A stretch of DNA of 64,000 nucleotides, from the NCBI GenBank assembly GCA_043803405.1, contig JAZDKB010000010.1:64001-128000 (forward strand). The letters run 5' to 3'. The translations under genes were made by a program, and so were the position numbers. The stretch comes from Spirochaetota bacterium. GTDB lineage: Bacteria > Spirochaetota > UBA4802 > JAFGDQ01. The notes beneath the pieces were generated by a model, which had not been told where the DNA came from, ran no database searches, and saw only the letters and a list, made by a program, of their open reading frames with translations. Below, piece by piece: positions 1 to 9,603 of the stretch (its first letter is position 1; the number at the start of each line of letters is the position of its first letter).

Positions 1-863
1 GGCCATTTGGAACCAGTCCTCTCTGCGCTTAGCTGCCCGTAAATTTTAGGCGCATTATCCATATCCGCAGATTTTATGCTGTACTCCGATGACCGGCGCT
101 TGCTGACTATTTTTAATACCGACGGATTTGTTCCCGCTATTGCCGTAATATCCGGCTTCTCCTTTTCCGCCTTTGCAATAAGATTATCCTTTACTTTAAG
201 CGGTTTAAATTCCTTTAAGCCCATTTGTTTAAGAAGACTCTGCTGCGCAACTATAACATTTCTGCCGGATTGAGAAATCTCATATTCAGCCTGTGCCAGG
301 TTTGCTTCTGAAGTCAAAAGAGAGCCCTTGTTTTCCAGGCCTGCCTTGTACCGCATCTGCACCAGCTCAAAATTCTTTTTCCTAATTGCCGCAATTTCCT
401 TTGATATTGCCGAAAGTTCCTGGGCGCGTAAAAGCTGTATAAAAGCGTTTCTTAGACTGAGCCGTACAGTTGAAGAAGTAACCTGATAATCATAATCGGA
501 TGCCTCAAGTTCTTTCTTTGAACTTTGCAGATCGTAATGGGATTTTGCTCCGTCAAAAAGGAGCTGCTTTCCGGTAACGCCGTAAGAATAACTGTCCGAC
601 CGGATATTGCTTCGCGTGTCTGTGCCGGTTTTGGATGTCGAAGCACCCGCGCTCGCATCTACCTTAGGCAAAAGGCCGCTTCGCGTAATTCCGACATTCG
701 CTTTTGCCTGGCTCACTTTCTCTGCAGCAGACTGAATGTCCGGATTATTCTCCTCTGCTATTTTAACACAGTCAGCCCATGTTAATATTTCCTCAGCCTT
801 GAGGCAATATGAGAAGAAAAGGCAGATCAGGAAAAAAATGAATTTTGAATATTTATTAAGCAT
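1..863 (-). CDS. TolC-family outer membrane efflux protein (5' part; runs off the window start)
   Basis: Absent from the ORF track; translated by hand from ATG 863: MLNKYSKFIFFLICLFFSYCLKAEEILTWADCVKIAEENNPDIQSA...GLLPKVDASAG...QLLFDG...RYKAGL. Signal peptide plus the NP-x-I, LP-x-V, LFDG and RY-x-AG motifs of OEP/TolC proteins. Confidence 0.85.
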   Translation of the reverse strand, partial: MLNKYSKFIFFLICLFFSYCLKAEEILTWADCVKIAEENNPDIQSAAEKVSQAKANVGITRSGLLPKVDASAGASTSKTGTDTRSNIRSDSYSYGVTGKQLLFDGAKSHYDLQSSKKELEASDYDYQVTSSTVRLSLRNAFIQLLRAQELSAISKEIAAIRKKNFELVQMRYKAGLENKGSLLTSEANLAQAEYEISQSGRNVIVAQQSLLKQMGLKEFKPLKVKDNLIAKAEKEKPDITAIAGTNPSVLKIVSKRRSSEYSIKSADMDNAPKIYGQLSAERTGSKW

Positions 864-1002
864 ATCATTAAAATATCAGGAATAATATTTACTGTTTATA
901 AACAACAGCAGCAAAGAGCGCCTGGTAAACATTTTATTTTTTAATTTCGCGCCCTCTGCTGCCTTTTCAAAATATTTATACGGTTTTTTTATGGTTACTA
1001 TC

Positions 1003-1031
1003 TTAGACCCTTTTATTTGAAAAAACGTTCC
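1003..1031 (-). promoter_or_regulatory. Putative ECF/sigmaE-type promoter upstream of the tolC-like gene
   Basis: Minus strand GGAACGT-N16-GTCTAA, close to the RpoE consensus GGAACTT-N16-GTCnnA. Confidence 0.5.
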
Positions 1032-1098
1032 AAAAATATTTGCTTTACTTTGTTTAATGAAATTCGCCGGAGCGATATATTACGCCTATAAATAAAAA

Positions 1099-1447
1099 AC
1101 AGGAGGGGATCATAAGCCGAATTCTGTCTATGCAGCCATCCATCTTGTATTCGCGTTACCGCGAATTTCTTTGCGATCTACCCACAGCCTGGGACGGGCA
1201 GCCCTTAAGCGGCTGTATATTTGATCTTGCACCGGACGGGGTTTACAATGCCGTCTCCCTCTCGGGAGGCGCGGTGAGCTCTTGCCTCGCCATTTCACCC
1301 TTACCCGTTTCCGGGCGGTATATTTTCTGTTGCACTTTCCATCGCCTCGCGGCGCCCGGGTGTTGCCCGGCATCCTGCCCTGCGGTGTTCGGACTTTCCT
1401 CGCTGTCCGCAAAAGCGAACCCGCGTGGCTGCTCGATCCCCTCCTGT
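1099..1447 (-). ncRNA. rnpB: RNase P RNA, bacterial type A
   Basis: Minus strand has GAGGAAAGTCCG, GGAAAGTGCAACAGAAA, GGGTGAAA, TAAACCCC...GCAAG and ACAGAATTCGGCTTA. Terminal P1 helix ACAGGAGGGGATC/GATCCCCTCCTGT is followed by a T-run. Confidence 0.97.
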
Positions 1448-1640
1448 CGGAAAACATTAAAAAGCTTAATCGTAAAAAAGAATAGCATTTTTTAGTTTGA
1501 TGACTAATTTATCAATATAATTAAATTTGCTTAATTTTACATAAATAGCTATAATTAACTTGCCCAATAAAACAGGATAAATATATTAGTTTATCGATCA
1601 TGAATCTCTTACTTCATAAAAGCATTAAAATTTAATAATT

Positions 1641-2432
1641 ATGACAATATCACAATCAAATAACGATTTTTTAACAATAGCAGGCAGAAAATTTACATCA
1701 CGGCTTTTTTTAGGTACAGGCAAATTCGCTTCTATCGATATAATGAAAAAAGCGATTGCGGCATCCGGAACAGAAATGGTAACTGTAGCCTTGCGCAGAG
1801 TCGATCTCGATAATCCGGAAGACAATCTTCTGGGTGCTGTAATTGAGCAGAAAAACATTCAGCTTTTGCCGAACACATCGGGAGCAAGAGACGCGGACGA
1901 AGCAGTAAGGCTCGCAATGCTGGCGAGAAAAATGGGATGCGGGAACTGGCTTAAACTCGAAGTTACTCCCGACCCGCGGTATCTTTTACCGGACCCGATT
2001 GAAACGCTAAAAGCAGCGGAAAAGCTTGTTAAAGAAGGATTTATTGTCCTTCCATATATCAATGCCGATCCCGTACTTGCAAAAAAACTTGAAGAAGTAG
2101 GATGCGCCACAGTAATGCCTCTGGGATCTCCAATAGGCACAAACAAAGGGCTTAAAACGCTCGACAATATAAAAATAATACTTGAAATTTCAAATATACC
2201 TGTAGTAGTAGACGCAGGGCTTGGCTGGCCGTCGCATGCCGCAGCTGCAATGGAAGCCGGAGCGGATGCTGTGCTTGTCAATACTGCGATCGCAACTGCA
2301 AAGGACCCTGTTTTAATGGGCAGCGCCTTTAAAAAAGGCGTCGAAGCAGGAAGAGAAGCATTCCTTGCAGGCGTCTCAAAGATCAGCGATACAGCAAAAG
2401 CATCCAGCCCTTTAACAGGTTTTTTAAGATAA
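1641..2432 (+). CDS. thiG: Thiazole synthase
   Basis: [35 protein letters not shown] and ASSPLTG motifs. Confidence 0.96.
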   Translation: MTISQSNNDFLTIAGRKFTSRLFLGTGKFASIDIMKKAIAASGTEMVTVALRRVDLDNPEDNLLGAVIEQKNIQLLPNTSGARDADEAVRLAMLARKMGCGNWLKLEVTPDPRYLLPDPIETLKAAEKLVKEGFIVLPYINADPVLAKKLEEVGCATVMPLGSPIGTNKGLKTLDNIKIILEISNIPVVVDAGLGWPSHAAAAMEAGADAVLVNTAIATAKDPVLMGSAFKKGVEAGREAFLAGVSKISDTAKASSPLTGFLR

Positions 2433-2491
2433 ATATTCTTCCCTGTCAGCTCCATCGCTTATCATCTATTTTAGAATTAACAATAAATTTT

Positions 2492-3601
2492 ATGTTTGAA
2501 GATATCCTGAATAGATATTCGTGGGAATCGGTTAAAGAACAAATATATTATTCTTCAAAAGAAGATGTAAAATCTGCGATCGATAAAGAACGGAAAAACC
2601 CGGAAGATATTTTTGCTTTGCTGTCTCCGGCCGCCGATACTTTTCTGGAAGAACTTGCTTTAGCATCGCAAGCAATAACAAGGCAAAGATTCGGCAATAT
2701 TATACAGTTATACGCTCCGTTGTACATTTCGAACGAGTGCCAGAATTCCTGTGTCTATTGCGGATTTAACAGGCATAATGATATTAAAAGGATCACCCTT
2801 TCCGGCGAAGATGTTGAGAAGGAAACCGATATTCTTTATCAGAGAGGGTTCAGGCATATTCTGCTGGTAACAGGCGAAAACAGACACGCAGTCTCGCCTC
2901 TGGATTTATCCTTAATTGCAAAATCCATTCACGGCAAATTCGCTTCTGTTTCAATAGAGGTTTATCCTCTGGATTCCGATGAATACAAGTTAATGGTAAA
3001 ATCCGGTATTGACGGCATCGCTCTTTACCAGGAAACTTACAATAAATCGCAATACGAAGCAGTCCATCCATCGGGTAAGAAAAAAGATTACTTATGGCGG
3101 CTGCATGGCCCTGAAAGAGCAGGCAGTGCAGGTTTCAGAAAAATAGGAATAGGCATACTATTAGGACTTTCGGACTGGAGGGTAGACGGATCTTTCATGG
3201 CTCTTCATGCGTATTACCTTACAAAGAAATACTGGACAAGCCAGATACAGATATCCTTCCCGCGCATCAGGGATGCTCATGGCGGCTACGCACCTCCTTT
3301 TCCTGTAAGAAACTCTGAGCTGGCGCATCTGATCTTTGCCATGCGTATCATTCTGCCGGATTCCGGGCTTCTCCTGTCCACCAGGGAGTCGCAGCATTTC
3401 AGGGACAACATTATGCCCCTGGGCATAACTATGATGAGCGCAGGTTCAAGAACAGAACCCGGCGGTTATTCCAATCCGGAAGCAAATGCTCAGCAGTTTT
3501 CAATCGATGACGACAGATCCCCTGATGAGATAGCCGGCGTTATTGCGCAGAAGGGATTTGATCCTGTCTGGAAAGACTGGGACAGATCATATTTGAGCTA
3601 A
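2492..3601 (+). CDS. thiH: 2-iminoacetate synthase (radical SAM)
   Basis: YAPLYISNECQNSCVYCGF (CxxxCxxC), YQETY, LSTRE, SAGSRTEPGGY, VWKDWD; directly after thiG. Confidence 0.95.
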   Translation: MFEDILNRYSWESVKEQIYYSSKEDVKSAIDKERKNPEDIFALLSPAADTFLEELALASQAITRQRFGNIIQLYAPLYISNECQNSCVYCGFNRHNDIKRITLSGEDVEKETDILYQRGFRHILLVTGENRHAVSPLDLSLIAKSIHGKFASVSIEVYPLDSDEYKLMVKSGIDGIALYQETYNKSQYEAVHPSGKKKDYLWRLHGPERAGSAGFRKIGIGILLGLSDWRVDGSFMALHAYYLTKKYWTSQIQISFPRIRDAHGGYAPPFPVRNSELAHLIFAMRIILPDSGLLLSTRESQHFRDNIMPLGITMMSAGSRTEPGGYSNPEANAQQFSIDDDRSPDEIAGVIAQKGFDPVWKDWDRSYLS

Positions 3602-3796
3602 ATAAATAATTATAAATTTTGAAATAAAACCGATAAATAATTATAACGTTCTCCTTTTTTTCCTTTTATATAATAGACTTGTTGTGTAACTCAATAAAAT
3701 TGTTATCTTTATTGAGAAATAATATGGTTTCCACCGACCGGTGGATGAAAACCAGTTTTGCAATAAGCCTATTCCTCAATTAAAAATAAATACTAT

Positions 3797-6394
3797 ATGA
3801 ACCGAAAAGATAAAAGATCCCAGGTAAGAACGTCTTCAATTATTTTTGAAGAAATAGTCAAAATATCAGATCAGCAAAATTTTTTATCTCATCACATAAA
3901 TGAAATTTATGAATTTATCTGCGAAAATTCGGATGAATTTATATGTATACTCTCATCCGGCGGAAAAATCATTTATCAAAACTCCGCCTTTAATAAACTG
4001 GGATACGGAGAGAAAGCTCTTATTGGAAATAACTATATAGATTTTTTACATACCGAGGATATTGAACCTTTCAGTAATTTATTAATAGATCTGGCTGATC
4101 AGAAAAGAAATATTTCTTTGCATGAAAATCAGCTGACACTGTACTCCCGCTTCGTATTAAAGTCGGGGGAATGGATTGAACTCAAAAGCAATTTACATAT
4201 ATTGAAAGAACAACCAGATCAGTTTGCTGTATTGATAATCTCCAGGGATATTACGGACAGCAAACAATCAATTAACGAAATAAAAGAATGGACAGATACT
4301 TTCGACACTTTTGTTGCAAAATTTGACATTAATGGTTTTATGATCTTCTGCAACGCTTCTCTTCTAAATTTAGCCGGCGTTTCGGAGTCCGATTTGTTTG
4401 GAAAGTATTTTCCCGATACCAGGCTTTTTTCCCATTCAAAAATCGAAAAGCTGAAAATTGTAAGATGCCTTAATAATTCAAAAGCATATTTACCAAGCCG
4501 CATAGAGTGCACATTTCTTGGAGCCGGCAACAGGCATATACCGGCTATATTTAATTGCCAGCCCGTAATAGATGAAACGGGTGATATTAAATATATAACA
4601 GGCGAAGGGAAAACAATTATGGAGGAAATTCTGCTCAGGGATAAACTCCTTGAAGCAAATTCCAATCTGGAAAAACGCATTAATGAACGAACAGCTCAAA
4701 TAATAAAAATAAATAAGGAACTTAATGAAGATATAAAAAAACGAAGAATTGCGGAAAATAAAAATATCGGTCTGGCCGCCTTTCCAAGAGAGAGCCCGCA
4801 CCCTATAGTCTCGTGCAATACTGACGGAAATATCATATATATAAATCCTGCAGTCCAGAATCTGGTCGAAGGACTTGGACTGGATTCGCCGGTCTGCATT
4901 TTGCCTGAAAACCATAACGAGCTTATCAAGCAATGTTTTGACGATTTAAAAAGCTACAATAATCTCGAAAGAAGGATCAAGGGCCACGTCTTTTCATGGA
5001 CATATAATCCTATACCGGATATCGCCATGATTCATTTACACGGCCTGGATGTTACAGATCAGAAATATTTTGAAGAAAAACTTTTACATGATACATTGCA
5101 CGACAACCTTACAGGCCTTCCAAACAGATCTTTTTTTTATGATACGCTTTTAAGATCCATTAAAATTGCCCAGAGAAGGAACGATTATCATTTTGCGGTA
5201 TTATTTATGGATATGGGCAAATTCAAGGTTATTAATGACAGTATGGGACATTTAACAGGAGATAAAGTGCTTGTTGAGGTAGCCGGGAGATTGTCGTCAT
5301 GTCTGCGTCCCGAAGATATGGCAGCCAGGTTCGGGGGCGATGAGTTCACAATTCTCCTTAATAATATTATGGATGCAAATGATCCTGTTCGCGTTACCGA
5401 GCGCATTCACAAGAATTTATCTCTTCCGCTTCTTATTGAAGGCCATGAAATTATTCCTTCTGCAAGCATAGGCATAGCTCTCAGTTCGCACGATTACACG
5501 AAACCGGAAGATATTATAAGAGATGCCAACACCGCAATGTACAAGGCAAAAGCTGAAGGAACATCCCGTTATGTAATTTTCAATAATACTATGAACAAAC
5601 AGGCAATTAAACTGCTGGAGCTGGAAAACAACCTTCAGTATGCCCTTGCAAGCAAGGAATTCTGCATTTATTATCAGCCTATCGTTTCTTTTGATACCGG
5701 CAGAATAGCCGGTTTCGAAGCTCTTCTCCGTTGGCAGCATCCGAAACGCGGGCTGATACTGCCCGACGATTTTTTACCAATGATCGAAGAAACCGGCCAG
5801 ATTGTCCCTATAGGCGAGTGGTCAATCAGAAAAGCCTGCAGTCAGCTCCGCACCTGGCACAAAAAATATAGCTCCCATCAGCATCTTTTTATAAGCATAA
5901 ACCTGTCTGCAAGACAATTCATTCAGAACGATATAATTACCAAAATAGCAAAAATACTGGAAGATGAAAATATTTATCCGGGTTATTTGAACCTTGAAAT
6001 TACCGAAAGCGTTATAATGGGCAATTACAAAAAAATAAACTCAATGCTTTCGGAACTCAATAAAATGGACATTCAAATAGCAATCGATAATTTCGGGATC
6101 GGTTACACTTCGTTAAATAATTTACATCAATTCCCTATTCACGCCTTAAAAATAGACCGTTCATTTATTTCAGCTATAAACGGCAATGAACAATCATTGG
6201 TGCTGCCTCAAATAATCATCAACCTTGGGCAACAGCTGGAAATCGATGTTGTTGCAGAAGGCATTGAAACAGATTTACAGTACGATCAGCTCAGAAAACT
6301 CGATTGCCCGTTCGGACAGGGAAATTATTTTTCAGAGCCTGTAGATAGTAAAAACGCAGAACTGTTAATTATGAATAATCCGGTATGGAAATGA
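3797..6394 (+). CDS. Multi-PAS GGDEF-EAL protein (c-di-GMP turnover/signalling)
   Basis: PAS-like repeats, HDNLTGLPNR, RPED-x5-GGDEF, YQP, EALLRW, LEITES, LKIDRSF, VAEGIET. Confidence 0.93.
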   Translation: MNRKDKRSQVRTSSIIFEEIVKISDQQNFLSHHINEIYEFICENSDEFICILSSGGKIIYQNSAFNKLGYGEKALIGNNYIDFLHTEDIEPFSNLLIDLADQKRNISLHENQLTLYSRFVLKSGEWIELKSNLHILKEQPDQFAVLIISRDITDSKQSINEIKEWTDTFDTFVAKFDINGFMIFCNASLLNLAGVSESDLFGKYFPDTRLFSHSKIEKLKIVRCLNNSKAYLPSRIECTFLGAGNRHIPAIFNCQPVIDETGDIKYITGEGKTIMEEILLRDKLLEANSNLEKRINERTAQIIKINKELNEDIKKRRIAENKNIGLAAFPRESPHPIVSCNTDGNIIYINPAVQNLVEGLGLDSPVCILPENHNELIKQCFDDLKSYNNLERRIKGHVFSWTYNPIPDIAMIHLHGLDVTDQKYFEEKLLHDTLHDNLTGLPNRSFFYDTLLRSIKIAQRRNDYHFAVLFMDMGKFKVINDSMGHLTGDKVLVEVAGRLSSCLRPEDMAARFGGDEFTILLNNIMDANDPVRVTERIHKNLSLPLLIEGHEIIPSASIGIALSSHDYTKPEDIIRDANTAMYKAKAEGTSRYVIFNNTMNKQAIKLLELENNLQYALASKEFCIYYQPIVSFDTGRIAGFEALLRWQHPKRGLILPDDFLPMIEETGQIVPIGEWSIRKACSQLRTWHKKYSSHQHLFISINLSARQFIQNDIITKIAKILEDENIYPGYLNLEITESVIMGNYKKINSMLSELNKMDIQIAIDNFGIGYTSLNNLHQFPIHALKIDRSFISAINGNEQSLVLPQIIINLGQQLEIDVVAEGIETDLQYDQLRKLDCPFGQGNYFSEPVDSKNAELLIMNNPVWK

Positions 6395-6457
6395 GTTTAC
6401 TTGTTATTTACAGTTTAAGATGTGACAGTGCCACTTGAACAAAATTATGGCATATTC

Positions 6458-7030
6458 TTATTCTGTTTTTATAAAAATAGACAGCGAGTTTTTTGCGTAT
6501 CTTTTTGTGCCTGAATATTTAAAATCTAAAGATTCAATATTTAAACGGACATTACTTAAATGTTGAATTATAATTTTCCCGTCTTTCTTCAATATGTCAT
6601 ATTTCCTTAATTCACTTAAAATCTCCTCATATAATTCCGTATTATTTTTATCGCGTAAATAAGGCGCATCAATAAAGATACAATCGAATTTATATTCCTT
6701 CGAAGCGCAGTATCTCATGCATCTGAACGAATGAAAACCGAGGATATGAGCTGCGTCATCTTTCAATGCATCAATTACCGATTTAATGAAATGAAACCTT
6801 TTTTTGTCGATTTCATTGAATACAACAAACTCGGCTCCCCTGCTCAATGCTTCAATGCCCATCTGTCCCGAACACGCGTAAAGATCGAGAAAAGATTTGC
6901 CTTCCAGGTCTTCACCTAGAATAGAGAAAACAGCTTTCTTTATTTTCTGCGGAGTGGCATTCGCATTATCGAATTTTTCGTTCCCGAACGGAATATCTTT
7001 ATTCTTGTATTTGCCTGATATTACTCTCAT
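6458..7030 (-). CDS. rsmD: 16S rRNA m2G966 methyltransferase
   Basis: MRVISGKYK, FLDLYACSGQMGIEALSRGA, IFIDAPY (DPPY-like). Confidence 0.85.
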   Translation of the reverse strand: MRVISGKYKNKDIPFGNEKFDNANATPQKIKKAVFSILGEDLEGKSFLDLYACSGQMGIEALSRGAEFVVFNEIDKKRFHFIKSVIDALKDDAAHILGFHSFRCMRYCASKEYKFDCIFIDAPYLRDKNNTELYEEILSELRKYDILKKDGKIIIQHLSNVRLNIESLDFKYSGTKRYAKNSLSIFIKTE

Positions 7031-7104
7031 TTTTTTATGTTGATTTATTTTTTTAGTATTACTTCAATATAGTATAAATAATTTTACAAGAACAACTTAT
7101 TTAA

Positions 7105-8382
7105 ATGAACGAACAAAAAATAAAAGGAATGTTCTGGGGCGCCATTACAGGAGACGCTATCGGGACACCTCTGGACGGACTAAGCAAAGCGCATTTACAT
7201 TCTGTCTTTAAAAACATTGAAAGCTATTTAGATCCAACACCGGCATTAAAAAACAAACCGGAGAACTGGAAAAAACCCTGCCTTTACTCTGCTATTTCGC
7301 AATTTATGCTGCTTTTATCAATGTTTCTGTTTTCCTTTAAGCGCCCCGATCCCCGCGAATTTACCGAATATATTTCGCGCAGTCTTTCCGAAGGAGATAA
7401 CGAATTAGGGATATTCAGGCATCCTGCTGTAATGGAGAAATACTTTATAAAAAAAATAAAATCCCAGGCCGCAAATTCCGGAGATGCCTTGTTTTCAGTC
7501 CCGTCTGCAAATTTAGCCGTATTAATGACGCCCTTTGTTCTAAGTCCGCCGCAAAATGAAACACATATTGAGCAATTACTTTCCTTTTCGCTTATGCTCA
7601 ACAGGGATGTTCATTCAACAGCCGGCACATTAATTTTTAATGCGCTTTTAGCAGATATACTTGGTAAAGAAAGTTTGCCTGAAAGGGAATCGATACTTGC
7701 TTCTGCGATCACCAGTTCGAATTCATTACTTAAAAATGCAGAGAAATTAATGCCAAGAATATTTGATCTCGGCATAAATCCGGACTATCTGTTAGCATCT
7801 ATAAAAGATTATATTACAATATTTTCTAATATTATAAATATAAATGATATTGATAGTTCAGAGAAAACAATAATAAATTATGTGAATTTAAAAATAAAAA
7901 CGCCTGTTACAAGGGCAACAGTAAATCATCCGCTTGCAATAATTCCTTTTGCGGCTTATCTTTCAAATTATTATATGGATGATTCTTTAAATGCTATTTT
8001 CCACGCTGCGGAAAGCGGAGGATCAACCTCGGTTTTTTGCGCGCTGGTCGGCGCGTTAAACGGTGCAATGTACGGCTTAGACACTCTGCCTGAAAATTTA
8101 ATCAATGAACTCGTAAATAAAAAAAAGATAACAACAATGGTGGATTCTCTTGTAAAGAAAAAAATGAATGATGAGCTTATTAAGGACTTTATTCACGGGG
8201 AAGCATCGCTTTCAGCAAAAGAAATTCAGGAAAAAAACGCGAGATTAAAACACGTAAAAATTAAAACAAAAAAACAAAAATCCCGTTCAGAAATAGAAAA
8301 TAGATTATCTTCCCATATTGTGGAAACATGGACTAAACTTGATAAGGCAAAATGGAAAAGAAAGAAAGATAAAGCGCAATAA
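7105..8382 (+). CDS. ADP-ribosylglycohydrolase-fold protein, probably non-catalytic, with basic C-terminal tail
   Basis: KIKGMFWGAITGDAIG N-terminus and GG-x4-CALVGALNGAMYG-x3-LP C-terminal motif; catalytic Asp motifs are degenerate. Confidence 0.75.
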   Translation: MNEQKIKGMFWGAITGDAIGTPLDGLSKAHLHSVFKNIESYLDPTPALKNKPENWKKPCLYSAISQFMLLLSMFLFSFKRPDPREFTEYISRSLSEGDNELGIFRHPAVMEKYFIKKIKSQAANSGDALFSVPSANLAVLMTPFVLSPPQNETHIEQLLSFSLMLNRDVHSTAGTLIFNALLADILGKESLPERESILASAITSSNSLLKNAEKLMPRIFDLGINPDYLLASIKDYITIFSNIININDIDSSEKTIINYVNLKIKTPVTRATVNHPLAIIPFAAYLSNYYMDDSLNAIFHAAESGGSTSVFCALVGALNGAMYGLDTLPENLINELVNKKKITTMVDSLVKKKMNDELIKDFIHGEASLSAKEIQEKNARLKHVKIKTKKQKSRSEIENRLSSHIVETWTKLDKAKWKRKKDKAQ

Positions 8383-8443
8383 TATTGACAAATAAAAAGT
8401 TTCGGGATAGGATTGCAGACACTATATTTTAGTAGAGGAAAAT

Positions 8444-9157
8444 ATGAATTATTTTGTTATAATTTTGATCGTTGGTCTGCTGATATTGATACATGAGCTG
8501 GGGCATTTTATATTTGCAAAACTGGCAGGCATCCCGATTTCGGTGTTTTCTATCGGGTTCGGGCCAAAGCTATATAAATGGAAAAGAAAAGAAACGGAGT
8601 ATCGCCTTTCACTGATACCTCTGGGCGGTTATATTATGCCGGCTGTTCAGGACGAGAAGGAATTTTACAGGATACCGGTTCTTAAAAGGATATTTTTTAC
8701 TGCAGGCGGACCGGTTGCGAATATCATTCTGCCATTAATCGTTTTAATTGTAATGAACGTTATCAATTACGGAATATCAATTCCAGGAATATTTACAGAA
8801 CCGTTTGCAAGGCTGTTAAAATACTTATCGAACATACTAAATTCCATACCGCTTTTATTCTCAAAGCCGGAAGCGTTGTCCGGTATAGTAGGCATCATTG
8901 CAGCAGGCGGGCAGATAATTAACTCCCAATTCCGAAATGCAATCAACCTGCTGGTCATTCTAAGCTTAAACCTTGCTGTCTTTAACATGCTGCCTATACC
9001 TGCCCTTGACGGAGGTAAAATACTGCTATACCTGCTGGAAAAAATACATCCGAAATTTCTGAAGGCACAGGTACCGGTTACAATAGCAGGCTGGGTATTG
9101 CTGATCGGATTAATGATTTACGCAACAGTAAATGATGTAATCAAACTTGTCGCGTAA
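8444..9157 (+). CDS. M50 site-2 intramembrane metalloprotease (RseP-like, no PDZ domain)
   Basis: HELGH, FSIGFGP, IPLGGY, AGGPVAN, NMLPIPALDGG. Confidence 0.9.
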   Translation: MNYFVIILIVGLLILIHELGHFIFAKLAGIPISVFSIGFGPKLYKWKRKETEYRLSLIPLGGYIMPAVQDEKEFYRIPVLKRIFFTAGGPVANIILPLIVLIVMNVINYGISIPGIFTEPFARLLKYLSNILNSIPLLFSKPEALSGIVGIIAAGGQIINSQFRNAINLLVILSLNLAVFNMLPIPALDGGKILLYLLEKIHPKFLKAQVPVTIAGWVLLIGLMIYATVNDVIKLVA

Positions 9158-9228
9158 TGCAATATTAAACGGCATATTATACTGATATTTAAAAGCCGTT
9201 CCAAAATTTTCAAAGGAGGATTATTTTT

Positions 9229-9564
9229 ATGAAAAAAAACATGCTTCTTGCTTCAGTTGCCTTCTTAATATTCATAATATCATCTATTAATTTTTCTTCA
9301 GCTGCTTCCGGCAAATTAAATGCAAAAATATTTACAGGAAGGATTATATTTGTCGCTGATAATTATATTGAACTAAAAAAAGGTAAAACCGAGATCAGAG
9401 TTTACATTGCTGAAAATACAAAATTTATTGCCAGGGACGGCAAAGAAAGCGGAAAAAATATTATCAGGATTTGCCAGTATGTTGAAGCGTATTACAGCGA
9501 AGAATCGGGCAAGATGAATCTTGATAAAATCATTATTAAAAAAGAGAGCGACTGCGTTAAATAA
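9229..9564 (+). CDS. Secreted hypothetical beta-rich (OB-fold-like) protein
   Basis: GGAGG RBS, signal peptide, short beta-strand pattern. Confidence 0.65.
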   Translation: MKKNMLLASVAFLIFIISSINFSSAASGKLNAKIFTGRIIFVADNYIELKKGKTEIRVYIAENTKFIARDGKESGKNIIRICQYVEAYYSEESGKMNLDKIIIKKESDCVK

Positions 9565-9603
9565 AGACTTGAAACATAATCAATAATTGCTGACGATAAT
9601 TAA

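Noticed and set aside
76..785. Short ORFs 76..273, 452..658 and 525..785
   Set aside because: They are shadows of the TolC-family CDS on the minus strand.
1128..1495. Four overlapping ORFs of 67-121 aa
   Set aside because: They lie within the GC-rich RNase P RNA gene.
3602..3754. 14-bp direct repeat ATAAATAATTATAA and a small hairpin upstream of the GGDEF-EAL gene (possible c-di-GMP riboswitch)
   Set aside because: The repeat is low complexity, and the hairpin lacks the two-stem GEMM architecture and conserved motifs.
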